A DNA stretch of 64,000 bases from Patescibacteria group bacterium (GCA_040902515.1 JBBDXB010000006.1:268280-332279), one strand, 5' to 3'. Positions 1 through 10,112 are shown, counted from the first letter of the stretch. Notes: a model not told the origin generated them from the sequence alone. Translations and numbers: made by a program.

Positions 1-974
1 TCCTCCGGAAGCGGTTCCCGGCCGAGGTCCTGCACCAGGCGGCGCTGGGTCCGGACCAGCTTGTTGATGGTCTCGACCATGTGGACGGGAATCCGGATCG
101 TCCGGGCCTGGTCCGCGATCGCGCGGGTGATCGCCTGACGGATCCACCAGGTGGCATACGTCGAGAACTTGTACCCGCGTTTATAGTCGAACTTGTCTAC
201 GGCACGGAGCAGGCCGGTGTTGCCCTCTTGGATCAGGTCCAGCAGCGGCAGTCCGCGACCGATGTATTTCTTGGCGATCGAGACGACCAGTCGGAGGTTG
301 GCCTCGGCCAAGGCGTCGTGCGCCTTCTTGTCGCCTTTCTCGATCTTCTTCGCCAACTCCACTTCCTGCTCGGCCTTGAGCAGCGGCACCCGGCCGATCT
401 CCCGGAGGTACATCCGGACCGAGTCGTCCTGGATGTCCGTCGTTTCTTCCTCCTCGTCGCCGATATCCTTCTCGGTGTCCTTGGCATCACCCTCTTCCTT
501 GCGTTTCGACACCTGGGGAATCTCCACGTTAAGCTTCTTCAGCGAAGAAATGATTTTCTTTCTGATGTCATCGTCGTCATTGGTCGCCTCCTCGATGTCC
601 TCGGCGGAAACGAACCCTGCGACCTGGCCGCGGCGGAGCAACTTCTTGATCTCCGGTCCGAACTCATGCTTGATCACGACTTCGGCGAAAAGCTCGGAGG
701 GCGACTTCTGCGGTTTCGCTGGCGCTTTGTCCTTGCCGCGGGCAGCCTTCTTCGCCGGCTTCTTGGCTGCCGGTTTCTTTGCCGGTTTCTTCGACGCGGC
801 CTTCGCCTTCGCCGGCGCTTTCTTCGGTGGAGCCTTCTTCGCCGCCGGCTTCTTGGCGCTCGCCTTCTTCACCGGACGTTTCGTTACGGCCTTCTTCGCC
901 GACTTCTTGGCGGCTGGTTTCTTCGACGCGGCCTTCGCCGGAGCTTTCTTCTTGGTGGTGGGAGTCTTAGCCAT
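1..974 (-). CDS. rpoD: RNA polymerase primary sigma factor RpoD (3' end runs off window), with long Lys/Ala/Pro-rich N-terminal extension
   Basis: Manual translation from ATG at 974: region 1.2 [11 protein letters not shown], region 2 [50 protein letters not shown]; directly follows dnaG. Absent from the ORF track because it is truncated. Confidence 0.97.
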   Translation of the reverse strand, partial: MAKTPTTKKKAPAKAASKKPAAKKSAKKAVTKRPVKKASAKKPAAKKAPPKKAPAKAKAASKKPAKKPAAKKPAKKAARGKDKAPAKPQKSPSELFAEVVIKHEFGPEIKKLLRRGQVAGFVSAEDIEEATNDDDDIRKKIISSLKKLNVEIPQVSKRKEEGDAKDTEKDIGDEEEETTDIQDDSVRMYLREIGRVPLLKAEQEVELAKKIEKGDKKAHDALAEANLRLVVSIAKKYIGRGLPLLDLIQEGNTGLLRAVDKFDYKRGYKFSTYATWWIRQAITRAIADQARTIRIPVHMVETINKLVRTQRRLVQDLGREPLPE

Positions 975-2739
975 GAACGGTGTGCTTACTTAAGGATAGG
1001 TATTCTTGCATGAGCCGGTTGCGGCGGTCGGTTTCCCCGGAGGCTTCGGCGCGCTTGATCGCGGCCATCAGCCTGGGCTGGAACCGCCGTACCCAGAGCG
1101 CCTTGAGCCGCGCGTAGAGCCGATCGAATTCCGCGGCGCGTGTGCGCTCGTCCATCGAATCGTATTCGGCAGCTGCCAAGGCACAGACATCAAGAAGCGG
1201 CTTGATCCCCTCGGCGGGATCGCTTCCTGACGTTGTTCCCTTAGTATAGCGAACTTTGAGCGCGTCAGCAGCCTCCCGATAGGGCCCGGAGAAAACCCGG
1301 GTATCCAACGCCGCCAGTTTCTCGCCGATCGCCGGCGTGGTCAAGGCCAACCCTACCATGCGCTCGGAAACGAGGTCCTCGGTAGTCTTCTGCGCCGGTG
1401 CAGGAAGGGAATCTTTCTCTGAGCCATCGCGTTTTGCCGGTCGGCGTACGGATGGTGCGCCGGTGCCGTGAGCGCCGGCCTTCCCAAGCTGCTCCTTGAT
1501 CGATGCCGGCTCCACGCCGAGGGTCATCGCGAGCTGCCCGGCATAGTAGTCCTGGTCCACGCCCGGCCGGTGGCGCAACGCGGGCAGGACGGCATCGAGG
1601 ACGTCGCGGATCGCATCGCGGCCATACGGCGGCTGGTGGCCGGCCAGCGCCCGTGCCATCAGAAAGTCGATCACCGGCTGCGCTTCCGCGACCGCCCGTT
1701 CCCATGCCTTCGGGTCCTGCTTGATCAGCTCGTCGGGATCCTTGGCATCGCCGAGGTCGGTCACGGTGAGCTCGAGGTCGGTCAGGCCGGCCGCGCCGAC
1801 CAGTTCGATCGCACGGAGCATCGCTTTGCGCCCGGCGGCGTCCGCGTCCAACGCGAACACCAGGGTCTTGGCGTAGCGGGCGATCTGCCGGAGCTGCTCT
1901 TCGGTGAGCGCGGTACCGGACACCGCAATCGCCTGTTTCGTCCCCGCCTGGTGGGCCGCCAACACGTCCATCTGCCCTTCGACCAGCACGGCCGCGTCCG
2001 TCCCGATGATCGCCTCTTTGGCCAGGTCGAGCGCGAAGATCAGCCGGCCCTTGTGGTAGATCGCCGTCTCCGGCGTGTTCACGTACTTCGCCTCCTTGGC
2101 GTCGGGGTCCAGCACCCGGCCGGTGAACCCGCGGATCACGCCTTGGCCGTCGGTGATCGGGATCATCACCCGGCCGCGGAACCGCGCGTAGGTGCCACGG
2201 CCCTTTGCGGCGAGACCGGCATCCACCAGCTCCTGCTCGGTGAAATCCTTCTTCTTGAGTGCCGCGACCATGGTGTCGAAGTCGTCCGGCGCGAAACCGA
2301 CGCGGAATTGCTTCAACGTTTCTTCCGTAAGACCACGGTCCTTCAGGTATCCGCGGGCCGCCTTGCCGGTGTCGTGTGCAAGCACCGCCTGGAAGTACCG
2401 CGCGGCCGCCTCGTTCGCCTCGAACAGGCGCTGCTTCTGCTTGTTCGCCTTGGCGTCGAAGCCCTTCAGCTCCACGCCGGCCCGGTTGGCGAGCATCCGA
2501 AGCGCCTCGGTGAAGTCCGCTCGTTCGCGCTTCATCACGAAGTCGAAGAGGTCGCCGCCTTCGTCGCAGCCGAAGCAGTGGAAGCTCTGCCGCTCCGGAT
2601 TGACCATGAAGCTCGGCGTTTTCTCGTTATGGAACGGGCAGAGCCCCTTGAAGTTCCGCCCTGCCTTCTTGAGCGGCACGGATTCGCCAATCACCTGGAC
2701 GATGTCGAGCCGGGTCTTGATGTCGTCGACGTCACTCAT
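967..2739 (-). CDS. dnaG: DNA primase
   Basis: [11 protein letters not shown] zinc finger, [20 protein letters not shown] / DADAAG / KDPDE. Confidence 0.98.
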   Translation of the reverse strand: MSDVDDIKTRLDIVQVIGESVPLKKAGRNFKGLCPFHNEKTPSFMVNPERQSFHCFGCDEGGDLFDFVMKRERADFTEALRMLANRAGVELKGFDAKANKQKQRLFEANEAAARYFQAVLAHDTGKAARGYLKDRGLTEETLKQFRVGFAPDDFDTMVAALKKKDFTEQELVDAGLAAKGRGTYARFRGRVMIPITDGQGVIRGFTGRVLDPDAKEAKYVNTPETAIYHKGRLIFALDLAKEAIIGTDAAVLVEGQMDVLAAHQAGTKQAIAVSGTALTEEQLRQIARYAKTLVFALDADAAGRKAMLRAIELVGAAGLTDLELTVTDLGDAKDPDELIKQDPKAWERAVAEAQPVIDFLMARALAGHQPPYGRDAIRDVLDAVLPALRHRPGVDQDYYAGQLAMTLGVEPASIKEQLGKAGAHGTGAPSVRRPAKRDGSEKDSLPAPAQKTTEDLVSERMVGLALTTPAIGEKLAALDTRVFSGPYREAADALKVRYTKGTTSGSDPAEGIKPLLDVCALAAAEYDSMDERTRAAEFDRLYARLKALWVRRFQPRLMAAIKRAEASGETDRRNRLMQEYLSLSKHTVHG

Positions 2740-2851
2740 CGGATGCGGTTTCGGTTGGCCGTGCGGTGGTCATGGTGGAATCGAGAAAAAGTGAAGAAAT
2801 AAAAATACCCGTGCGTTTTGGGTATTCCTCATAAGTATACGGGACGGGGCC

Positions 2852-3559
2852 TCACATGTGCTCGTCCGCGTACCCGGTGAACTCCTCGGTGCGGACCCGC
2901 TGCTGCGGTACGCCGAGCGCGGTCAGTCCGGCGAGCGTGCGGCGGACCATCTCCGGTGGCCCCGAGACCATCCACCAGGTGTCGGGGTACCGCTCAAACC
3001 AGAACTTGAGCGGTTCCGGTTCGAACAGGCCGTACCGTGACTCGAACGTCCGCGTGTCCGCGACGGTAAGCCCGGCCAGATCATCAAGATAAGGCGCCAG
3101 CCCCCGGTCCCGGTTCCAGCAGAAGAGGCCCAGTATTCGATCCACGTGCCTCGAATCCCCGAGCATCGAACAGTACGGCGCGACCCCGATGCCGCCGGCG
3201 ATCAGGGCAATCGGTGCACCATCGACCGGCACGGCGAACGTGCCGAACGGACCCTGGAGCCGCACCGGTGTGCCCTCCGCGATGTCACGAAGGTGTCGCT
3301 TCACCACGCTGTCCGAGTCCCGGTATGCGATGGTGATCCGTTCCGGTTCCTGCGGCGGAGAGACGATCGAGAACTCACGCATGCGATCGGGGATGTCGAG
3401 ACGCCCGTGGTCCGGCATGATCACACTCAGGTACTGGCCGGACCGGAACGGCAGCGGCCGGGCCGAACAGTCGAACGTAAGCTCGAGCGTATCTTTCGCT
3501 ATTTCCCGGCGGCGCAGCAGGAACGCTTCCACGTCGACGATCTCCGCGATCTCTATCAT
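2852..3559 (-). CDS. FAD/NAD(P)-binding oxidoreductase, ferredoxin reductase-like
   Basis: FRSGQY, REFSIVS, GPFG, IAGGIGVAP, SGPPEMV and terminal EEF motifs; start overlaps the upstream stop (ATGA). Confidence 0.88.
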   Translation of the reverse strand: MIEIAEIVDVEAFLLRRREIAKDTLELTFDCSARPLPFRSGQYLSVIMPDHGRLDIPDRMREFSIVSPPQEPERITIAYRDSDSVVKRHLRDIAEGTPVRLQGPFGTFAVPVDGAPIALIAGGIGVAPYCSMLGDSRHVDRILGLFCWNRDRGLAPYLDDLAGLTVADTRTFESRYGLFEPEPLKFWFERYPDTWWMVSGPPEMVRRTLAGLTALGVPQQRVRTEEFTGYADEHM

Positions 3560-4005
3560 CGTTTTCCCCGTGACGATTCGTACAGCATGATGAATGCATC
3601 CACCGGCATCCGGGCCACCGCTTCGCCAATGACTTCCAACGGCAAATCCTCGAGCTTGCGGAACCGGACGCAGGACTTTCCCATGTCGAGCTTCTTGCCG
3701 GCTTTCTCGAATTCCTTCCGGAACCACGCCTCTTCGCCGGCGTGCCCATAGATGCACATGAGGTACACCGCCATGTGGTTTTTCTGCGGGGCGATCGAAG
3801 CGATCGCCAGCGGCTGGCCGTTATAGGTGTCGGGGTACCGTTCAAGCGGGATGAAAAAGCTGATCATCCCATACTGCATGCCCTCCTCGTATCCTTCCGG
3901 GAGATGTTTTCGGATCACATCCCGGACCGCACCGATCGCCTCCCGCCGGTCCGGCAGTAACCCGGCCAAGTATGCCTCGACCGTCTTGGCATCGCTGCTT
4001 ACCAT
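3556..4005 (-). CDS. DUF1801 (YdhG-like) domain protein
   Basis: VEAYL..YEEGMQYGMI..QKNHMAVY..DMGKSCVRF pattern; TACAAT 6 nt before the ATG. Confidence 0.85.
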   Translation of the reverse strand: MVSSDAKTVEAYLAGLLPDRREAIGAVRDVIRKHLPEGYEEGMQYGMISFFIPLERYPDTYNGQPLAIASIAPQKNHMAVYLMCIYGHAGEEAWFRKEFEKAGKKLDMGKSCVRFRKLEDLPLEVIGEAVARMPVDAFIMLYESSRGKR

Positions 4006-4122
4006 GCGGTCATTGTACCGCGGCGTGGCAAGGTATCCGTCCAATCATCCGACATGAGGGTGGTGGGTCGGGGGAGCAAAGGGCTATAAGCGCTTTGGGT
4101 TCCCCCGACCGGTCCACCATGA

Positions 4123-4545
4123 CTACCTCGGGTTGTACAGCACCGCTGTCTTGCGTGAGCACCGCGGGGGCTGGTTCTCGCCGGGGTGGTGCTCGTTGTT
4201 GAAGAGCGGCAGGGTCGGGACAGGTACGTCTCGTGTTCCGGCCGTCATGGAAGTCGTGCAATTGCCCATCTCGCGAAGTGTCATGCGATTCCTGCGCGAG
4301 GCAAGGGTCACGACCTCCACGCTGGTGCAGTCCCGACTGATCTGGTGGCTGGCCGCGACGGGGCGACCGGTGTGGATCACCAGCTTGCACGCCATCTTGC
4401 GCTTTGCGGGCTGGGCGGGCTGTACGCCGTCGAGCAACGGCGCCGCGGTCCGCTGGTCGTTGGCCGGCTCATCATCGATGGCGGGAGCCAGGACGATAAT
4501 CCAGAGTGCCACGCTAATGGCACCTGCGGCGATGTACTTGAGCAT
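4123..4545 (-). CDS. Hypothetical membrane-anchored or secreted protein
   Basis: N-terminal hydrophobic helix, strong SD (TAAGGAGG), upstream TTGACT-N17-TACCAT promoter. Confidence 0.6.
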   Translation of the reverse strand: MLKYIAAGAISVALWIIVLAPAIDDEPANDQRTAAPLLDGVQPAQPAKRKMACKLVIHTGRPVAASHQISRDCTSVEVVTLASRRNRMTLREMGNCTTSMTAGTRDVPVPTLPLFNNEHHPGENQPPRCSRKTAVLYNPR

Positions 4546-4689
4546 GTTGCTCCCTCCTTAGGGATTGCCAGGGTAGGTTCATGGTGGGTGGTTGGACGGA
4601 TTGCTAAGGAGCGGACAGGGGCGAATGGTATCATCAAATAATACCTTAGTCAAGGCATTATTTAGCAATTTCTCCAACGATCGGCAGGG

Positions 4690-5430
4690 TCAGAGCCCCA
4701 GCCCCTGCTCGAAGTCGGCGATCGGGTCGTACCAGCCTTGGTCGAGGATGAATGCCTGGAGATCGCGGTCAAGGCCGAGCAACACGCCGATGCCGACGAG
4801 CAGGAATAGCGCGCCGACCACCTTCCTGAACGTGCCGTGCGGGTCGGCCGCCCAGCCGAGCTTCCGTACCGCACCCTGGCCGGCGTAGGCCACGAGCAGC
4901 AACGCCCCGGCCAGACCGATGGCGTACGCGACCAGGTATGTGAATCCTTCCCCGAACGAGACCGGCAGGACCGCGGCGACGATCAGCGCGTAGGTCGGGC
5001 TGCAGCTGTTGAAGACCGGTCCGAGCGAAGCGCCGAGGAGCACGTCGCCGCCCACGCCTCCGCGCTGCTTGGCACCGGCCAGCGCCTGGCCGCTCCGGGC
5101 GGACAGGTTCAGCCGCGTGCTCAGCCGTTCCCACCATGCCGGATACAGGAAGTACGTGCCCAGCGCGATGATGATCATGCCGGACAACACCTGCCGGGCT
5201 TCCTGCGGCACCCCGAGCAGCCCGGTCGTCGCCCGGAGGAGCAATGTGAACACGATCACCGAGACCGCCAGGCTGGCGCTGATCACCAGCGGCCGGCGCC
5301 ATTCGCGCCCGGACCGTTCGTCGGCCCCGCGGACGATCGACCCGCCGACGATCACCGGCAGGAGCGGCAACACGCAAGGCGCCGCCACCGTCAGCACACC
5401 GGCGAGGAACGAAAGGACGAGCAGGGCCAT
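4690..5430 (-). CDS. Cytochrome c biogenesis CcdA/DsbD-family membrane protein
   Basis: APCVLPLLP and NSCSP cysteine motifs, multiple TM helices; next to a thioredoxin. Confidence 0.88.
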   Translation of the reverse strand: MALLVLSFLAGVLTVAAPCVLPLLPVIVGGSIVRGADERSGREWRRPLVISASLAVSVIVFTLLLRATTGLLGVPQEARQVLSGMIIIALGTYFLYPAWWERLSTRLNLSARSGQALAGAKQRGGVGGDVLLGASLGPVFNSCSPTYALIVAAVLPVSFGEGFTYLVAYAIGLAGALLLVAYAGQGAVRKLGWAADPHGTFRKVVGALFLLVGIGVLLGLDRDLQAFILDQGWYDPIADFEQGLGL

Positions 5431-5434
5431 CGCT

Positions 5435-5941
5435 TCAGTCCAGGAAGTTGCGCTTGACCGCCTCGAACGTCGGTTCGTCGTAGGCTACGTACACGTCGCC
5501 CTGCGGATCGCCGCTGCCGTCGACTTTCACGAAACTGGTCTGGATCCTGACCCCGTACTTCCGACGGAGATCCTGATGCGAATCGTAGTCCACCTTGATG
5601 ATCGTGTAACCGTCCGGGACTCCCTCTGACCGGATGCCTCGTTCAATCGAACGGCACTGCGGGCACCAGGGGGCGTGGAAGAAGAGGACGCGCTGGCCGG
5701 CGGCCTCGCCCAGGATTCCCTCACGGTAATCCACGTACGTGCCGGCGACTCTCTGTTCAGCAGACCGGTCCGCCGCTTGGACGGGAGCAGCCGTGGCCGT
5801 CGAAGACGCGCTTGGTGTACCCGTCGGTGTCGGCGAGGGTTCGGTTGCCGTCATGTCAGTATCGCCACGGGTCGCCACGAAGATCCCGGACCCCACCACG
5901 AGGATGGAGAACAGACCGATGATGATTGCCTTGGTGCTCAT
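5435..5941 (-). CDS. Membrane-anchored thioredoxin-family protein
   Basis: FHAPWCPQC CxxC motif, N-terminal TM helix. Confidence 0.9.
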   Translation of the reverse strand: MSTKAIIIGLFSILVVGSGIFVATRGDTDMTATEPSPTPTGTPSASSTATAAPVQAADRSAEQRVAGTYVDYREGILGEAAGQRVLFFHAPWCPQCRSIERGIRSEGVPDGYTIIKVDYDSHQDLRRKYGVRIQTSFVKVDGSGDPQGDVYVAYDEPTFEAVKRNFLD

Positions 5942-6028
5942 GCGCTTACCGCTGCAGGCTGACTATATCACTGCCCGCTACCGTTACGAAGCCTCGGCTG
6001 GCTGCTACAATAACCCGTTACATCGACC

Positions 6029-7069
6029 ATGAGGATACGCAGCGAAATCACGTTGGGCAGCATGGATTGGGCCGGACGGCCGGACCGTCCGGCTGACGAT
6101 GCGGAAATAGCGGCGGCGGATTGTCCGGCGCCCGAACTCAACCGTGACCTGTACAATCCGGAGAATGCCGAGCAGCTCGCCCTGATCCGACAACATTGCA
6201 TGGAACATCCGCAGGGCATCCTGTTGGACGTCTACCAAGCCGTCACCGAACTCGAACTAAAGCACCCGCCGGGAAGCCTGGAGGCCCAGCGACGGCACCT
6301 GAAGGGCCTTCGGGGCGAAGTGAAGGAATTGTCGGACGAACTGATGGAGGCCCTGATGAAACATCCGTACCACGCCATGGGGGAGGAGACGGAAGGTCCG
6401 GCCGATGCCTGGATCATGACCGTCCTCGACTACAACCGCCTTCGGTTCAACGACCTGGACGGCGAGCGGAAGAAACACATCCTCGGCGAGCTGGGCGACG
6501 TGCTGTGGTATACCTCACGCGTTGCCGCCGAGGCAGGCAGCAGCCTCTCGCGTTCGTTCGTGACGTTCCTGCGCGATGTGGAAGCCGGCAGGGTCAGGCA
6601 GAGTTACGATCAGGGCTTTGGTGGGACGATTGAAGAACGAGCCGGAGAAATCCTCGATGTCCGGCTGGTGCAGGATATCGCGTTAAGCCAGAAGAAAGCG
6701 TTCACCGTCCCGACGAACGAGGGAACGCCGGTCGAGACGCTGGCCACCATCGACAATATGCCGCACCGGCTGCTGGAGCGGATCTACGGCGACGAGCTGT
6801 ACGCACGGTCGGGCGGTGACGTCTGGGATGCCGAGCGACCGTACGAACACCTACCCCATACGGAAGCGACCGTCGGCAAGCTGGTTTGGTTCGTCGCCTA
6901 CACGTCGAGCTCGCTCCTGAACGCCGATTTCGCTACCGTCATGCGAACCAACCTGGAAAAGATCACGAAACGCAGCCAGCGCGGGACGATCTTCAGCAAG
7001 GAAGACCGTTCCGATGCCGACGAGGCCGAACTGCGGACAGCCCGCAATACCCGCATACCGATCGAGTAG
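6029..7069 (+). CDS. MazG-like NTP pyrophosphohydrolase domain protein (extended or split)
   Basis: GEVKEL..ELGDVLWY motif and C-terminal NLEKITKRSQRG typical of short MazG-like proteins. Confidence 0.6.
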   Translation: MRIRSEITLGSMDWAGRPDRPADDAEIAAADCPAPELNRDLYNPENAEQLALIRQHCMEHPQGILLDVYQAVTELELKHPPGSLEAQRRHLKGLRGEVKELSDELMEALMKHPYHAMGEETEGPADAWIMTVLDYNRLRFNDLDGERKKHILGELGDVLWYTSRVAAEAGSSLSRSFVTFLRDVEAGRVRQSYDQGFGGTIEERAGEILDVRLVQDIALSQKKAFTVPTNEGTPVETLATIDNMPHRLLERIYGDELYARSGGDVWDAERPYEHLPHTEATVGKLVWFVAYTSSSLLNADFATVMRTNLEKITKRSQRGTIFSKEDRSDADEAELRTARNTRIPIE

Positions 7070-7095
7070 TTCCGGCTTCAACCACTTATTGATGC

Positions 7096-7124
7096 TTGAC
7101 ATTTTGCCTCAATAAAGGTATAAT
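7096..7124 (+). promoter_or_regulatory. Consensus sigma70 promoter
   Basis: TTGACA-N17-TATAAT exact match. Confidence 0.85.
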
Positions 7125-7146
7125 TCTTCAATTAATCCTTTTAGGC

Positions 7147-7965
7147 ATGAAAGCTCCTGACAGTCAGGGCCCCGATACACCCCTCTCGGAAACCGAGCAA
7201 TCTGAGCCATCGGCTATTGAGCGCTGGGAGGAACAATCATGGAGATCCGCCCGAGGAGCGGAGTTTACGGCAGTTGATTCGGGTCCCGGACATGACTTGG
7301 CCCGGAGCCTCGGTAACCACTACCGTGACTTGGCACACCGATTCGGTGCTATCGCGCGAGAAGGTGCCCCCGAAGATCGTGACAGCGCCCAGAATAGTTA
7401 CGAAGAAATATCGGGGGTCTCTCGAAGGTATCTTGCCGCCTCGGAGGCCGACGAGATACCGAGTGATCTGCAGGAAGAAATGGAACAGTATTGTGCGGAC
7501 CTAAACGAGGTACTCGACGGACTGGAGGAAGGAAAGTCCGAACGCTGGGATCGACCGGACAATCCGCGTCGCGAAGAAATGCGAAAATCGCTCATGGAAC
7601 TGGTTAGGATGCGCGACGCAAAGCGGAACGCCGCTCCCGAAAACCGATCCTCTGAGGTACCTGAAGATGAGAAGCGGACTCGCATGGCTGTAGCACATTC
7701 AGCGGATAGGATTAAGCATGACTTAATGCTTCGAATACCGCTCGATAGACTTGACTTACAGGCTGGCGACCCACGCTGGAAAACGCTCGCCGACGGTCTT
7801 GGCGAGATCCAGCGAGATCTTCGGAAGGACAGTCGATTGCCCGACGAGCGGAACCCTCAGTATGCCAAGCGTCTCAAGGAACTCCTGGGCAGTATGGCAC
7901 CGGATCAAGACTCCCGGAATGCTATCGACAAGGAGCTTGAGAGCGGTTCCAGGGGCCGCAAATAA
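7147..7965 (+). CDS. Hypothetical charged helical protein
   Basis: Long ORF behind a perfect promoter; no recognisable motif. Confidence 0.65.
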   Translation: MKAPDSQGPDTPLSETEQSEPSAIERWEEQSWRSARGAEFTAVDSGPGHDLARSLGNHYRDLAHRFGAIAREGAPEDRDSAQNSYEEISGVSRRYLAASEADEIPSDLQEEMEQYCADLNEVLDGLEEGKSERWDRPDNPRREEMRKSLMELVRMRDAKRNAAPENRSSEVPEDEKRTRMAVAHSADRIKHDLMLRIPLDRLDLQAGDPRWKTLADGLGEIQRDLRKDSRLPDERNPQYAKRLKELLGSMAPDQDSRNAIDKELESGSRGRK

Positions 7966-8019
7966 TCCAACTAGGGTATCGCCCCTCGGGCATACGGGTC
8001 GCCTGAGCGTTTTATCTTG

Positions 8020-8106
8020 CGGAGAGGGAGGGATTCGAACCCCCGAGACCCTTGCGGGCCTGCCGGTTTTCAAGACCGGTGCCTTCAACCACTCGGCCAC
8101 CTCTCC
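8020..8106 (-). tRNA. tRNA-Ser(UGA)
   Basis: GGAGAGG acceptor, anticodon loop CT-TGA-AA, long variable arm, GGTTCGAATCC; CCA not encoded. Confidence 0.97.
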
Positions 8107-8248
8107 GTTTCTGACTGGTAACGTCCCCGTCCAGCTTAGCAGCCGGGCTGCTCCACTCGTCCAGAACTTGACAGAAGGGTTATTTTGTGCTTTAATAGAG
8201 CGATTATCAACTTTCGCACCCGGCGAAGCAGTATAGTCAGGACAGTAC

Positions 8249-8803
8249 ATGTCAAAGCAGAACGACACTTCGGGTCAGCCCGCTCCGACGCAACAGGCGC
8301 CGGAGGAAACAAAAGATGCGCCCACGACCCAGGCGGACGCCGAACGGCCGCTGCTTGCCTGGCAGACCAGGGAATTCCAGGAGTTCGACCGGAACCGGCG
8401 CTGGTATGTCATCGCGCTGGTATTCGGAGCGGCCCTCGTGGCCGGTGCGCTCGTGCTGCAGCAGTGGCTCGCGGCGGCGGTCTTCGCGCTGGCGACCTAC
8501 GTAGTGGTCCGCCACGCCGACGACAAGCCGCGCCTGCTTTCGGTCGCGATCTCCAAGATCGGCGTGGAAATCGGCGGCACGTTCCATCCATACAGCGAAC
8601 TCAAGACGTTCTGGATCATCTACAAGCCACCGGTGAAGACCCTGACGCTCCAAAGCACCAGCCGGTTCCGCCCGCTGATCAAGGTGAATCTGGAGGACGT
8701 CGACCCGCTGGCTGTACAGGACACGCTCAAGGACCATCTCCCGGAGCAGCAGAAGCAGACCGAAGACTTCATCGACAAGTTCAGCCGGTGGATCCGGCTG
8801 TAG
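8249..8803 (+). CDS. Conserved two-TM membrane protein (DUF5673 / PH-like, CPR-type)
   Basis: W..EF....R..RWY, two TM helices, YSELKTFWI, terminal FIDKFSRWIRL pattern. Confidence 0.7.
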   Translation: MSKQNDTSGQPAPTQQAPEETKDAPTTQADAERPLLAWQTREFQEFDRNRRWYVIALVFGAALVAGALVLQQWLAAAVFALATYVVVRHADDKPRLLSVAISKIGVEIGGTFHPYSELKTFWIIYKPPVKTLTLQSTSRFRPLIKVNLEDVDPLAVQDTLKDHLPEQQKQTEDFIDKFSRWIRL

Positions 8804-8860
8804 TCGGACTACTTGGCCGCCGTGCATCCGGGCAAGGTACAATGGGACGCGTGTGCACAC

Positions 8861-8933
8861 GCGCCTGTAGCTCAGTGGATAGAGCGTCGGCTTGCGGAGC
8901 CGGAAGTCGCAGGTTCGAATCCTGCCAGGCGCG
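8861..8933 (+). tRNA. tRNA-Arg(GCG)
   Basis: GCGCCTG/CAGGCGC acceptor stem; anticodon arm TCGGC-TT-GCG-GA-GCCGG. Confidence 0.95.
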
Positions 8934-8962
8934 CATGAGCATACGCTCGAATACCAAACCGC

Positions 8963-9895
8963 ATGAATGAGATCCTGCTCTGGTCGCTGATCTTCCTCGT
9001 CTCGCTGGCGGTGATGCTCCGCGGCGCGGACTGGCTGCTGGTGAGCGGCGAACGGATCGGACGGGCCAAGGGGCTGTCGCCGTTCGTGATCGGCGTGCTG
9101 ATCGTCGGCATCGGGACGTCCCTCCCGGAACTGATCTCCAGCCTCGCGGCGGTCCTGCAGGGCGCCACCGAGATCGTTCCGGCCAACGCGATCGGATCGA
9201 ACATCACCAACATCCTGCTGGTCGTCGGACTCTCCGCGGTGGTCGCCCGGAAGCTCGAAGTCACCAAGAACCTCGTGGACCTGGAGCTGCCACTCCTCGC
9301 CATCGCCACGGCCATGGCCGCCGGTGCGATGGCGGACCGCTCGGTCAGCCAGGCGGAAGGCGCGTTCCTGGTCCTGGCGTTCGCCGTCTATGTCGCATAC
9401 ACGCTACTGTTCCGGGAGCACCCGAAAGCGACCGAAAAGCGACCGAAGACGAACGGCGGCACCGCGCTTAAGCTGATCGCCGGAGCGATCGCACTCGCAA
9501 TCGGCGCCAATTACATAATCGAGTCCGTGGTCAGGCTCGCGGACCTGTTCAACGTCAGTGCCGGGTTGATCACGCTGGCGGCCGTCGCACTCGGCACCTC
9601 GCTACCGGAGCTGACCGTGTCGTTAAAGGCCGCGTTCCGGGGCGACTCGGCGGTGGCGCTGGGGAACATCTTCGGCTCCAATGCGATCAACGCCCTGCTC
9701 GTGCTAGGCCTTCCGGCGCTCTTCACGGGATTGGCCGTCGACCAACAGACGTTCTCCCTGGCCTTGCCGGTCTTCGTGGTGGTCACGCTGCTGTTCATCC
9801 TGTCGGGACTGTCGCGGCGGATCCACATTTACGACGGCGGCCTCTACGTGCTGATCTACTGCTGGTTCATCGGCCGGCTGTTCGGACTGGTCTAG
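8963..9895 (+). CDS. Ca2+/Na+ antiporter (YrbG family)
   Basis: Two GTSLPEL..GSN alpha repeats. Confidence 0.95.
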   Translation: MNEILLWSLIFLVSLAVMLRGADWLLVSGERIGRAKGLSPFVIGVLIVGIGTSLPELISSLAAVLQGATEIVPANAIGSNITNILLVVGLSAVVARKLEVTKNLVDLELPLLAIATAMAAGAMADRSVSQAEGAFLVLAFAVYVAYTLLFREHPKATEKRPKTNGGTALKLIAGAIALAIGANYIIESVVRLADLFNVSAGLITLAAVALGTSLPELTVSLKAAFRGDSAVALGNIFGSNAINALLVLGLPALFTGLAVDQQTFSLALPVFVVVTLLFILSGLSRRIHIYDGGLYVLIYCWFIGRLFGLV

Positions 9896-9940
9896 GTCTA
9901 GCTGTTCGGACCGGCCCGAGGGCTTAATATAGAGGAGTAC

Positions 9941-10013
9941 GTCCTTGTAGCTCAGTGGATAGAGCGCTTGCCTCCGGAGCAAGAGGTCGCAGGTTCGAAT
10001 CCTGCCAAGGACG
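9941..10013 (+). tRNA. tRNA-Arg(CCG)
   Basis: GTCCTTG/CAAGGAC acceptor stem; anticodon arm CTTGC-CT-CCG-GA-GCAAG. Confidence 0.96.
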
Positions 10014-10039
10014 CATTGGGGCGACGCGCGGCGGTCCAT

Positions 10040-10059
10040 GGCTACAAGGCACCGTGGGA
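10040..10059 (+). repeat. 20-bp direct repeat, copy 1 (GGCTACAAGGCACCGTGGGA)
   Basis: Identical to 10730-10749. Confidence 0.95.
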
Positions 10060-10078
10060 ATGCTGATAACCGCTTCGG

Positions 10079-10106
10079 TTGACAAACTTACTGTGGTTGG
10101 TAGGAT
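10079..10106 (+). promoter_or_regulatory. Putative sigma70 promoter
   Basis: TTGACA-N16-TAGGAT. Confidence 0.6.
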
Positions 10107-10112
10107 GCTCTT

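Noticed and set aside
700-960. Short tandem repeats as a possible CRISPR or VNTR
   Set aside because: In-frame degenerate coding repeats (KKPAAK) with no constant repeat-spacer period
81-2802. Long plus-strand ORFs (310, 266 and 444 aa)
   Set aside because: Antisense shadows of rpoD and dnaG, typical of high-GC codon bias
4060-4112. GC-rich hairpin GGTCGGGGGAGC..GTTCCCCCGACC as an ncRNA
   Set aside because: Adequately explained as a terminator or stabiliser after the 4123-4545 gene
7751-8268. ORFs overlapping tRNA-Ser (also 10520-10943 and 8872-9315)
   Set aside because: Translations of tRNA sequence, not genes
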